In this document: in pieces, positions 13,601 to 25,189 of the stretch
How positions within the stretch are numbered: the stretch's first letter is position 1
How the letters are laid out: each line of letters opens with the position of its first letter
Source: Sphaerodactylus townsendi
Taxonomy: Eukaryota
DNA length: 64,000 nt
Assembly: GCF_021028975.2 (NCBI RefSeq)
Contig: NC_059433.1
Location: 48,856,001-48,920,000 of the forward strand
Direction: 5' to 3'
Notes under the pieces: generated by a model
What the model saw: only the letters and a program-made list of their open reading frames with translations
What the model was told of the DNA's origin: nothing
Databases searched by the model: none
Translations under genes and position numbers: made by a program

Positions 13601-14954
13601 TTACCTGTCATAAGCACTGAGCTGGCTTTTTCAACAGGCCATTTAGCTGTTCAGGAGCAGCTTAGGATGAATTGGTGGGTTAGTGTTTAAACACATTGAA
13701 ACAGAACAGTAGGCTGCAATTGGCAGCATTTTGCACATGCATGTTAGCAAAACCTTAAAGGAGTCATATTTCCCTTGTCACAGACAGTCAACATGGTGAG
13801 CCACTCCACTCTCTGGCCAACTATTCATATAAAGGGTAGGGGAAGAGACAATTAAATAAAGACCATTGTTTTTGTGTTGTACGATTTTCCCTTTTTATGG
13901 AAATATTAATGGCTTCTCATCTATTTGGACTGGCAGCATTTAGTACATGCACATGTTCCCACACTGCTTTATAGGAGCTGTTGTTTCTATATCCCTATGC
14001 ATCTTTTAAAAGATTTTTTAAATAGCTATTTAAGGGGAAGGGGAGATCATATGACAAGAACTACACAAACAAGAAAAAAATACACTTTAGAAGCAAGAAC
14101 CCCAAGCAAATGACAAAATCTGCCACACAATCAAGTCAAAGAGAGACTACAGCAAGTAAGCTGCCGCAAAGCTGCTTGATATCTGCTTAAGTCAAAAGTT
14201 GGCAAAGAGAGGGCTTAGCTCATATTTGATAATGACTGCCAAAAATGGTATGTTTCCCTGCCAAACTTGTTCAACATGAAGTTCTCAGCATCCCTAATGT
14301 TAAGATTTGTGCCAGCAGCTTTAAAATTAAGAGTCATGCAATTGTTCCACGCTGAATTCTGAGGACATTTTGTAAATGAATCCTGTATGCAAGAAGTAGG
14401 ACCATCTTTACACAGATACAGGTCTAACATATATATGTACCTATTGAAGCACAGTAAAATGATCCCTGACTCCACTGAATTTTCACAAAGCAGTGATCTT
14501 CTTTTAGTGTGACTCAGAGGTACAGGCTACACATATCTAGGCTACAGAAAACAATTCCCCTAGAGGAAATGGCTGTTTTGGAGGGAGGACACTATGGCAG
14601 CATATCCTGCTAAAGTTTCTCCCCTCCCTAAACCCCAACCCAGTTGTAATTCCAGGCTCCACCTCCAAATCTCTAGAGATTTCCCAACCTGGAGTTGGCA
14701 ACTCTACTCAGAGAATCATAGGAAGGATGGCAGCCAGCCTGGGCCCAGTTTCTATTTAAATTCAAGAAAGTGGTTTTCGAATAGTGTTATAATTGTGAGT
14801 AATAATAGCCAAGTACTTTAATCTATGGGTGGATCATCTCAGGATATTATACCATTGCTCCTTCAAATGCAGCTAAAAAAAGATCATGTTCTATCTAGAA
14901 AAGTTGGAGCTCCACCTATTATTGAAAGCTAGCTAAAGCCCTGAGCTGCTGGAG

Positions 14955-15155
14955 AGGAGCTGTGGATCAGTGGATGTGTCTTTGCTTTTCATGCAAAAGG
15001 TCCCAGGTTCAATGCCTGTCATCTTCAAAAGGATCAGATAGTAAGTGATGTGAAAGACCTCCACCTGAGACCCTGGAGAACTCCTGCCAGTCTGATTAGA
15101 CAATACTGTGATAGACTGATTTGCTATAAGAAACCTTCGTGTGTGTGTGTGTGTG
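14955..15155 (+). mobile_element. tRNA-head SINE with CR1-like tail (Squam2-like)
   Basis: ggagctgtggatcagtgg...aaggtcccaggttcaat (A/B boxes), then gagaccctggagaactcctgccagtc, ending in a (GT)n tail. Confidence 0.6.
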
Positions 15156-15671
15156 TCCAACACCTATGCTTTGAAATAGTTTGAAATAGTTTATTCCGGT
15201 ATGAACTTCAGCTGTTAAGTACTATGGACAGAACCCCATTTTCAGGTAGATGTCTCTGACATATCTTCCAGTAGGGGTAGTTCACCTGCTGTGTTGTCAG
15301 TCAGTGACTAATGATATACTTAACAAGGTACATGAATGTGTGAATTAACCCTCAGATATTGTATTATTAGAGTTTTGCTTATGTTTCTTATTCACTTTAC
15401 CAAAAGATGTAACATTCAAAACATTGGCATAAGTGTACTGAGATATGTATGCTCCATAGTCTATTTCAGGGCAGCAAACTGGCTATTGCGGAGACCCAAG
15501 TTTTAGCATTGCAGACATTGTGTTTAACAGTCCAGAAGCACAATCGAATGTCAGAATATGCTCTTGGCTACATTGGAATTCAGTTTTTAAAAAATTGTTT
15601 GGAACACATCATCATGATGATTGAAGGTATTTTTTTAAAAAAAAATCCCTTGTCCCTTCAGTGCATAAGAA

Positions 15672-15827
15672 GGTGACCTTGGGCTAGTCACACCTTCTCA
15701 GAGCTCTCTCGCTAGCCTCCACTCTAATTTCTCACAGGGTGTTGTTTGTTGTGAGTGGGGGAAGGGACCAAGGAGATTGTGGGAAGCTCCCTTTTAAGTC
15801 TCCCTACAGGAGGAGAGAAAAAAAAGG
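15672..15827 (+). mobile_element. 3' half of Squam3-like SINE
   Basis: Matches the 3' half of the copies at 37472 and 59714 and runs into the N gap. Confidence 0.75.
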
Positions 15828-15979
15828 NNNNNNNNNNNNNNNNNNNNNNNNNNNNNNNNNNNNNNNNNNNNNNNNNNNNNNNNNNNNNNNNNNNNNNNNN
15901 NNNNNNNNNNNNNNNNNNNNNNNNNNNNNNNNNNNNNNNNNNNNNNNNNNNNNNNNNNNNNNNNNNNNNNNNNNNNNNN
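15828..15979. other. Assembly gap (N run)
   Basis: N bases. Confidence 1.
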
Positions 15980-16973
15980 AGTTGGAAGCAGATTGATTAT
16001 CATAATGGAATAGAACCCTCTGTGTAAATGAAAAAAACCCCAAGAGGTAAATTATCTCTAATGCACAATATTTACTAACTTGTTGGTCTACTGTTGCATT
16101 TCTGCTGCTGATGCCAGAACACTGATAACTTCATTACAGCGAATGACCCCAGTTTTGAACCATCCTAAATTGTATGCTCATCAGAGTGGGAACCTGTCTT
16201 TTTGTTTATTACCCTGTAAAAAGCAATGTTTACAAGCAATGATAACAATAATAATTTTCCAGCATCTTACAGTTTTGATTTTTGGCAATGCAGGTGGTAG
16301 AAATAAAAGAGATGCAGTTTTTAATCTTAGTTTTGTCAGTTTTTAGCTTCCATGGAAAATTACAACAGAAAAGGCCGCAAGCAGCTCAGGCTCCCCAAAG
16401 TTATGGTACATCAATGTCAGCTTTTTAGCTGGGGGCCTGTTGACAGATTGAACTAACTTCTCCTTTTCCTTTCCCCTTTCCAGTCTTCCCTTAAGGAGGA
16501 CAGCTGCATCCTCATAACATGCTTCAAGAGGTAGTTGGCCTTTGCTATGTTTCCGTGTGTCCGGTGGTTCCTATCAAAGCTAAATATATCTGTAAAGCTC
16601 AGAGTACATCCGCTACTTGAGGAATCACAGCTGTCCTTCTTTCTTGATAAGTTGCCACATTCTTTTTAAAGTAAATTTATTGAACCAGTAAAATGAGCAG
16701 TTATTAACATGATATTGAACACGTATAAGTTGAACATTTTTCTATAGAGAAAAAAGCAAAACTAAAAGCACAAATATAAAATGGAGGAAAATTGCTAGAT
16801 ATTAGACAGCTAAATGTTGTAAAATTGGGTTTAACTTACCATTAACAGATTTTTACGGACTTCAGGGTTGAAGCTATGCAAAAAAAAATGTACAGATACA
16901 TTTTTTAAATAATAATTTTTATTTTTTGTCACTGTCATATGAGAAAAGAAACACAGACATAGATGCCAACAAC

Positions 16974-17232
16974 CAGAGGCATAGCTAAAAGGGGGCCTGG
17001 GGGTGCGCGTTGCACCGGGTGTGTGCCTGGGGGTGCAGCAAAAATTTCAGGTTTGTTTTTTGTATTTTTTTGTATTTTTCAGTTTTTGGCTTCAGGGGGT
17101 GCAGTTTTTATGCTAGCTGCACCAAAATTTCAGAGAGTTTTCGGGGGACTCTCCTGATGATACCACCCAAGTTAGGTGAGGTTTGGTTCAGGGAGTCCAA
17201 AGTTATGGACTCCCAAAGGGGTGCCCCATCCC
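16974..17232. mobile_element. Truncated hAT-like element with the shared fold-back module
   Basis: Starts cagaggcatagct, the same TIR type as 7260. Its interior is the reverse complement of the module in 1-260. Confidence 0.65.
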
Positions 17233-17234
17233 TG

Positions 17235-17521
17235 TGGCAGATTTGGAAAGGCAGCACCAGTCCAAAAGAAAGCCACCGTGGTTAACAAGAGAGATTGAGG
17301 AAACTATCAGAAAAAAAGAAAATGTCTTTTAGAAAATGGAAGTCCAGCTCAACTGATGAAGAATACGAGAAGGAACACAAATGGTGGCAAAAGAGAAGCA
17401 AATTAGCTGTAAGGGAGGCAAAAAAGGATTATGAGGAATACATGACTGCGAACATCAAGACCAGCAACAAACAGTTCTTCAAGTACATCAAAAGTAGGAA
17501 GCCACCTAGGGAAGCGGTGGG
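17235..17521 (+). mobile_element. CR1 ORF2 fragment (endonuclease-RT linker)
   Basis: KPPWLT...KWK...VREAKKDYEE...NIKTSNKQFFKYIKS...EAVG. Confidence 0.85.
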
Positions 17522-17542
17522 TAAGAAGTGTTCTCTAACATA

Positions 17543-17683
17543 GCCCCCTTCCACCTACGCAAAATAATGTGTTTTCAAACCACTTTCACAATTGTTTGCA
17601 AGTGGATTTTGCTATTCCGCACAGCTTCAAAGAGCACTGAAAGCAGTTTGAAAGTGCATTATTCTGCATGTGCGGAATGAGCC
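17543..17683. mobile_element. PIF/Harbinger-like MITE
   Basis: Termini gcccccttcc / gcggaatgagcc with a 3-bp TSD ATA. Sister copy at 62187-62337. Confidence 0.75.
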
Positions 17684-18942
17684 ATAGTGATAAGAAAAAT
17701 CTTTATGCATTTCCCCCTTATCATACCACAAATATCCATGTCATCCAAATCTCCTGTCAAAATCCTCCAGGTCCAAAATTCTAGCATTTTTCACTATCAC
17801 CCATTTTCTTATCCATACCAATGAGGCAGCTTCAAAATACAGTTTTAAATTTGGTAACTAGAAACCCCATCTTTTATTTGTTTCCTACCTTGCCAAATAA
17901 AATTACCTATATCTTTTTGCCATTGTTTAAAATATAATGCAAAGTTAATTAGTGGTATGACTAGAAACAAAAATAGCAATTTTGGCAATACATTCATTGT
18001 TATCACTGATATTCCCTGCTGAAAAAGATAAATTTATACTATTTCTTCTCAACAAATCCTTCTTCACTTCATTTCACACTTTAACATCGTTATTTTGGCA
18101 TGACATCCAAATCTTGTTGGTCAGCCACACTCCCAATTTTTTTTTTTAACTCTCCAACTTGGTTTCCCTAAACTTGTTTCACTAAGCACCAGGTCTGGTT
18201 ATGTTCGACCGCTTCACCCAAACAATTTCTTGGTGGCACACCAATTCTGGTTATCTGACCCAAAACCGCAAACAATTTCTTGGGTGGCACAGATACCTGA
18301 GTTAGTTTTGTTTGTGATTTTTGATCCATATTTTTTAGCTATTGTGTTGGTTTTATTCAGTTTAAATCCTGTCAGATCTCCGAACTCTTTTATTTCACTT
18401 AACAATGTTTCCACGTTTTGAATTGACTCTTCCAATTTAATCACCACATCATCCGCAAAAGCCCTCAATTATTATGACTGTTTGCCTAATGTCAAGCCCC
18501 TCGTTTGGTCATCACTTCTTATATTTCTCTAAAATCATATTTCTCTACGTGGGAAAAACAATGATGAAAGAGGGCATCCTTATCTGGTTCCCTTTTATAT
18601 TTCAGATTTTTGAGACAAATCAATATTTACAATTATTTTAGCATGCTCTTTAGTATAAATCTTAAAAAAATTATTTCCAAAGCCCATTTTTTTCTAATGC
18701 AAATAACATAAACAGCCAAGAGATGTTATTAAATGCCTTTTCCACATCCAAGAATATCAAGGCTGCTTTGTCACTGTGTTTCTCATAATACTCCACCACA
18801 TCTATATTGTTCTGATGTTGCCTTTTTGGCAAAAAGCTACTCTAGTCTTCATGTATAAGAGTTCTTAAGACACCTTTTAACGTCCTTGTCAAAATTGCTG
18901 CAAACACTTGTAGTTGTTATTGAAAAGTGAAATTGGTCTTTA

Positions 18943-20370
18943 TCGTGTTTCCCCGAAAATAAGACAGGGTCTTATATTAATTTTTGCACCAAAAGATGCA
19001 TTAGGGATTATTTTTGGGGTAGGGCTTATTTTAGGGGAAATATGGTTGCTTCCCCATCATGTGTGATGCAAGCTGCATCCTCATAAGAACATAAGAACAT
19101 AAGAACAAGCCAGCTGGATCAGACCAAAGTCCATCTAGTCCAGCTCTCTGCTACTCGCAGTGGCCAACCAGGTGCCTTTGGGAGCTCACATGTAGGATGT
19201 GAACGCAATGGCCTTCTTAAGCGTTATTGCTCCCTTTGAGGCCAATTCCTGGACTGTTAAGGTACATTTTGCAATCTCAGATCAAGTGAGGGATCAAGAT
19301 TGGTAGCCATAAATCGACTTCTCCTCCATAAATCTGTCCAGTAGCCCCTTTTAAAGCTATCCAGGTTAGTGGCCATCACCACCTCCTGTGGCAGCATATT
19401 CCAAACACCAATCACATGTTGCGTGAAGAAGTGTTTCCTTTTATTAGTCCTAATTCTTCCCCCCAGCATTTTCAATGTATGCCCCCTGGTTCTAGTATTG
19501 TGAGAAAGAGAGAAATATTTCTCTCTGTCAACATTTTCTACCCCATGCATAATTTTGTAGACTTCAATCATATCCCCCCTCAGCCGCCTCCTCTCCCAAA
19601 CTAAAGGAGTCCCAAACGCTGCAGCCTCTCCCTCATAGGAAGGTGCTCCAGTCCCTCAATCATCCTTTTGTTGCCCTTCTCTGCACTTTTTTTTTCTATC
19701 TCCCCTCAATATCCTTTTTGAGATGCGCTAGTAGGTGAACTGGACACAGTACTCTAAGTCTTGCGCGTCGCGACCACTGCTTTAACTCTCAAGGGGCATG
19801 ACAATCTTTGCAGTTTTATTATCAATTCCTTTTCTAATGATCCCCAGCATAGAGCTTGCCTTTTTTACAGCTGCCATGCATTGAGTTGACATTCCCATGG
19901 AACTATCAACTAAGACGCCTAAATCCCTTTCCTGGTCTGTGAGCGATAGCACTGACCCCTGTAGCGTGTATGTGAAGTTTGGATTTTTTGACCCTATGTG
20001 CATCACTTTGCATTTTGCTACATTGAACTGCATTTGCCATTTCTGCGCCCACTCACCTAATTTATCAAGGTCCGCTTGGAGCTCTTCGCAATCCTTTGTG
20101 GTTCTCACCACCCTACATAATTTGGTATCATCTGCAAACTTGGCCACCACGCTACCCACCCCTAGGTCATTTATGGCAGGGAGCATGCTGTTTTCTTTGG
20201 CAGCACGCTGTTTTCTTTTCCCTCATTGGCAGGGAGCACGCTGCTGGATCATACCATCCTGATCTGTAACTACCGGTAGGGCTTATTTTTGGAGTAGCCT
20301 CCTCCAAAAATCCTTAAAAATCATGATAGGGACTATTTTCGGGGTAGGGCTTATTTTCAGGGAAACACGG
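18943..20370. mobile_element. Tc1/mariner-superfamily (Tc2/Kanga-like) MITE containing a CR1
   Basis: TIRs tcgtgtttccccgaaaataag / cttattttcagggaaacacgg, TA on both sides, and repeated subterminal gggcttatttt motifs. Confidence 0.85.
19083..20174 (-). mobile_element. 5'-truncated CR1 LINE (RT C-terminus and 3' UTR)
   Basis: INDL..VAKFADDTKL...LQADLD..W...WQMQFNVAKCKVMH...ERDLGV; MIEVYKIMHG...RTRGH..K...FFTQ.V...WN.LP; (GTTCTTAT)n tail at 19083-19106. Confidence 0.95.
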
Positions 20371-20418
20371 TAGTTCTTAACTTCTGTTAAGTCTTGTTCT
20401 TCTCACTATGAAATCAAA

Positions 20419-21460
20419 GGCCATTTTTGCACAGTCAAAATATCTCGGGGTAGAACCGGGATCTTATATACCGTGGCTATTTTGTCCCAGTTTCTTCGTC
20501 TGCACAGCTCCCCACTTCATCCCAGGGGCCAAGGCACGACTGGGAGGTAATACTCCATTTGGTTCCACATGAGCACAGGACAGATCTGAGCATACCTAGT
20601 GTCCTGTATTCTGATTCACTGTTGTTTTTGAGTGACAGCAGCAAACAGATCTCAGTGTGCCTGGTGTCCCACAAATCTTTTTTTGATAGGTTCAAGACTA
20701 TTCCCTAAATGCATCTCCCTCACACTTGGGAGCCTCCTCTCTTTTACCTTCTCTGCAAGATTTCCTGAGATTCCCCTCCTTCCTTTTATCCAACCAGATA
20801 GTATGCAGAAGGAGGTATTTCAAACTGTATTTGGTCTCTGTCAGTTGCTGACAGAGGTGTACCTGGGGAAAATGTAGCCCAGTGCAAAATCTGACACACA
20901 CACACACCCCTATGGAGAGTGGCTTGTGCTGATGGTTTTCCCTCACATTTCCCTTACTCTCACTATACGCACAAACAGTGGTCTTGCAGGCTTTCTGCTT
21001 CCTTGCTTTGGGATTGGCTGGGGTGCTCTTGGTCCACTAGAGCTGCCTGTGTTTTTGTATGTGAGGGGGGAAAGCACCAATGGAAAACTCTGGCTGCTTT
21101 GTGCAGGAGGCATTTCCAGGGTTTTGTGTGGCTGGTTCTCCTCTGCCCCCCCCCTCCCATAGGTGGAATGTCCTGGCTGCTGATTAGTGATGGGGAGACA
21201 GAGGGAATGGGAGGAAGTGGCAAGGCAGGAAAAATATACCGGATCTCCTTCCATGTTGTTTGCACAGCAGCAGGGTCACACAGGGGCATTTTAAAAGAAC
21301 TGCCAATTTTGCAATTTTTGAAAGTCGTGAGGCAAAGGGAAAATAATGGGGCAACACCGGGGCAGACGCTGTGCAGGTTCGGGAACCATGTGATATTCCC
21401 AGCAGCACAGGGATGTTTTCCGTGCTCACTCTGGGATCTTTTGACCATGCAGAAATGAAC
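20419..21460. mobile_element. PIF/Harbinger-like non-autonomous element
   Basis: Imperfect TIRs ggccatttttgcacagtcaaaa / ttttgaccatgcagaaatgaac, flanked by AAA on both sides. 21250-21460 matches 59504-59700 in inverted orientation. Confidence 0.7.
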
Positions 21461-21729
21461 AAAGTTATATTAGCTTATGTCCATTTGACTGGTAACTTTC
21501 CCTTTTTGTAAAATCCCATTCATCATTTTTCTGGCCACACAGCCTGAAAAACCCACAACAGCCAGTTGATTCCAGCTGTGAAAGCCTTGGATAATACATT
21601 GTACATTTAACTATTTGAAAATTGCCATGAGAGCCTAATATTGATTGGGCCTGTGGCTTAGCAGCAACTAGCAAATTTGTTTCCTTCCTATGTGCCTTTT
21701 AAAGTGTCAAAACAGTTCTCTAAAATATC

Positions 21730-22635
21730 GGGCCGCTTTCCGCGACGGGCGGCGAGGTTCCATGGTCGGGCGCATTGCGCTGCAATGACACCTGAAGACG
21801 CTGGGACCGCCTGCATGGACGGTCCTTGAAGCAGTTAGCACGGCGCCGCTGGAGCGCCGGGTACCAGCTTCCATTCGTTTGTCCTCGGAATTTTGCCGCT
21901 GAAATAGATGCTGGCCCTGCGCGACCTGAAGCAGGCCAAGGTCCCCGTATTCGGGCGACGCGCCGAGGCCCGGAGAAGCGTGTGAGTGTCGGGAGGCGGC
22001 ATTGAAGTCACAAGCCGTCACCGGGTAAGCATGCCGGCAAGTTTTCAAAAAAGAGCTGGCCTGGGGAACGCCTTCAGGCCGTCGCCGGAAGCGGGCGCTG
22101 AAGCGGCGCTGCTACGCTGTGCCATGCTCGTAGACAGTCAGTCGTGGCGCCTGAGACGGTAAGCTTACCGCCTCCAGTCGCCATGAATTGCCCGCAGGCA
22201 GAAACGCGTTTCGCCGCGTGGAAAGCAGCCAGTCAGCGCGTGCGGCGCCGACCTGAAGGCAACTATAGGACCGTCTGCTGGGCCGGTCCTTGAAGCCAAC
22301 TGGGCAGCCCGGCGGGCGCCGGCCAACTACGACAACATCCCCGGACTCTGGCGTCGCCGAGGAGCCTGGGGACGGACCTTCAGCCCTCGCGCGCAAACGA
22401 ATAGCGCCAGGCCAGGCTCTAATTCAAGCTGATAGGGAAAATTAAGTGCAGGTGGGGCGACATGAAACGCTGCGTTAAATCAGCTTGACTTCATCTGGCG
22501 TTTCCCCAAAAAATGGGGAAGCGCTCTGGGGAAAACGACGAGGAAGCGACTCGTTGGCTCGCCCTTCCCCGTCTTGAATGTGACCCTGGAGGCGGTGTTT
22601 TACCGTCTCGGGCATCATGTCACGTAGAAGCGACC
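21730..22635. mobile_element. CpG-rich Harbinger-like non-autonomous element (sequence looks noisy)
   Basis: Termini ggccgctttccgc / gtagaagcgacc resemble the GGCC-N-TTCCGCA TIR family. cctgaag/cttcag motifs recur, and the GC content changes sharply at both boundaries. Confidence 0.5.
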
Positions 22636-23059
22636 ATACCAGTTTTGGCACCTGAAAAAGGGCATGGACTACAGCAGGCTTAATCAGAATTGTGTCCTTG
22701 TAACAAATATTACATGGCTAGATTTTCCTCTGAAATGGAATCTGCCAGAACATGTAGTTTGGCCCTTTATTGCTTCAGTACTGGAAAAGAAAACTTTTTA
22801 GATCCTTTTCAATTTATGTCTCTGCCTGGAAATGGTCAATCTTGAGGCCCAATGAGAAAGGCAAACTATGAATAATGTAAATTAATAAATACATGGTGGC
22901 TTTCTCTAAAATAATTTACAATTTTATGCTGTCTTTATACAATGGATAATTAACATATGAATGTATAATAACTTTGCTCACATAGGTTTTTTTAAAAAGA
23001 TGAAAGAAATCTGTGAAGGATCCATCTACCAGTTACTATTAGGCATGAAAGCTGTCAGA

Positions 23060-23228
23060 AGTTGCCATGTTCAGAGGCAGAGAACCTCTGAGTATCAATA
23101 TTAGGGGTCATCACAAGGAAATAGGGCTTTTTATCACTCAGAGGTTTCCAGTTGCCTGCTGTCAGAGTCAGAGTGCTAAATTAAATGGACTTTAGTCTGT
23201 TCCATAAAGGTAATGCTTATGATATGAC
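23060..23228 (+). mobile_element. Old CR1 3' end
   Basis: ccatgttcagaggcag...aatggactttagtctg...gcttatgatatg. Confidence 0.45.
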
Positions 23229-23467
23229 AACTTCTAATAATCAGAGCACAAAACTAGGTCGCTTCCTCTAAACCTTAGCATACAACATCCAAGGTAGACT
23301 CCTGCTGACTTCTACAATAATTAATAAATGTTGTTAGGATAGCCAGTCAAGCAAATTAGTGATGCTCTTAATTTCAGTTAGTCACTCTGTTGGTGCCCTC
23401 ATTTTGTCAAAGAGTGGATCTTACTGTGTGCAGCTATAACTACAGAGAAAAGAGCTGATCGTTGTAC

Positions 23468-23506
23468 CTCTCTCTCTCTCTCTCTCTCTCTCTCCCCCCC
23501 CCCCCC
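23468..23506. repeat. (CT)n plus poly-C
   Basis: Directly visible. Confidence 0.95.
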
Positions 23507-23952
23507 TTATTCCTAGGTTCTGGTTATTGGGAGTTTTTTTAGGATCACACCTGAGAGCATAATTACTAGTAAAGTTGTTTGAAGAAATTGTCAAGATAAG
23601 GCTGGTTAAAGATATGTTATTAACCTAAACACTATATATCCATTGCATCTTTCTGTTCCACTGCTCAGTTTGGACCCAGCCAGGAGGCCCTGTCCATTCC
23701 GTCCTGCTTTGGAAACAAAGTTAGTCTATGAAGTGCATCAGCACAGTCCTCATTGTGCCACCCAAGAAATTGTTTGGGTGGCTTGGTCAGATAACCAGAC
23801 CTGGTTGCTTAGTGAAACCCAAGTCGAGATAGACAATAGATGGTAGCAGGCAATTAAATAATTAGTCAGTCCAAAGACACTGACAACAACAGCTGCTAAG
23901 CAATAACATATTGCTCTGGTCAGAATAAAGCAAACAAATACAACATGGCAAC

Positions 23953-24053
23953 CAGTGGTGGGATTCAGCAGGTTTGCACTACTTCGGCAGAACCAGTTGT
24001 TAAAATGGTGTTTGTAAACAACCAGTTGTTAAATTATTTGAATCCCACCACTG
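23953..24053. mobile_element. 101-bp hAT MITE (CAGTGGTGGGATTC TIR)
   Basis: TIRs cagtggtgggattca / tgaatcccaccactg. The flanks share ggcaac, and the element is near-identical to 25583-25683. Confidence 0.9.
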
Positions 24054-25034
24054 GGGCAACAGTGAGAGAAAAAAAGGCTGCAGTCCTAAACATACTTAAC
24101 TCAGCAGCAGTTCCATTGAAATCAGTGGGATTTACCTCTGGATATACTTCCTTAGGATGCTCAGACAAGGGCCTGCAGTTTGACCTAGAACTTTTAGGAG
24201 AACTGAGAAGGGTAAGTCAAGTAGGTATGCTGAGGGACCCTCCGATAGGTTAATTTGTGACTTGCATGTCATCCTGGTAGATCAGTTGGCTGTAGAAGGC
24301 AAAGTTTTAGGTTTCAGGAGGATTTATGTAGCTTCAAAAGCTGAATCTTGCCATGTTGGTGAAAATATTCAGTTCTTTATATTAAAGGCAAATCCTACCA
24401 TTCTAAAATGCAGCTCTTTCCACAACCTCCTATACTAGGTATTGTTGGATTGTCAAGTTGTCTTTTGTTTTGCATAGATGCTAAACTTTCCCCCATGACA
24501 GCTTTTTATTAAGGTTTCAATCTCCCATTCATTCCACCCCTCATTTACTACATTGGAGCAATGGGAAAACATTGCTTTTATGTATAAGGAGGCATTAAAC
24601 TGAAAGAGAAAATAACCAAATACCATCTTCATGCACAGTCAAAATTATATTTCTCCTGTGAAAATCTGAATACAATCTAATGATCAGTTGTCTTTGGACA
24701 GAATATGATTTAAAAAAAAATCTGAGTGAAAGTGAAAATAGTTTTATGGGAATTCCTAATACTTTCCCATTCAAACAAAATCCCTAAATGTAAATGTTGC
24801 CAGGCATTAAGAAGTGAGATGACTGTTTCTGGATGCATAAATGCTGTACTATATTCCTAAAAGACTACATTCAGCAATACTAGTGCTTCCCATTTGAGAT
24901 AACACTTAGAGCCTGGATTTTGTAAACCTATTCCAGTTCTCTCTCTCTGTAACTTACTACATATCTTGAGGAAGGAACTGAGTGCCACTTAAATAGGTTA
25001 ACAGCAAGGAATTTAGTTGCAAGTTGCCACAATG

Positions 25035-25178
25035 CCTCTCATTCATCCAAATAGCTTTTTGTACCCACTGTATGTATCAGGTCACAACTGACTTACTGCA
25101 ATGCCGCAATTCCTCTCATTCATCCAAATAGCTTTTTGTACCCACTGTATGTATCAGGTCACAACTGATTACTGCAAT
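25035..25178. repeat. ~66-bp direct tandem duplication
   Basis: cctctcattcatccaaatagctttttgtacccactgtatgtatcaggtcacaactga(c)ttactgcaat occurs twice. Confidence 0.95.
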
Positions 25179-25189
25179 CACAACAAAAG

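Larger units (their letters stand above)
17690..20412 (-). mobile_element. L1/Tx1-clade LINE ORF2 remnant, interrupted by nested insertions
   Basis: Minus-strand motifs: EQDLTEVKN | RPISLFNNNYK (split at 20370/18943), IFLDVEKAFNNISW, KGTR*GCPLS, RAFADD, MNVLPKLLFLF, FIWQG, LPNLKLYFEA and LEDFDRRFG*HGYLW. Stops and frameshifts are present. Confidence 0.9.

Noticed and set aside
15739-16043. ORFs spanning N runs (also 37031 and 59902-60293)
   Set aside because: These are artefacts of assembly gaps.
20919-21462. Overlapping ORFs of 78-179 aa
   Set aside because: They lie inside a non-autonomous transposon and show no transposase motifs.
25035-25178. CRISPR-like array among the short direct repeats
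   Set aside because: This is vertebrate DNA with only two copies, no unique spacers and no cas genes.
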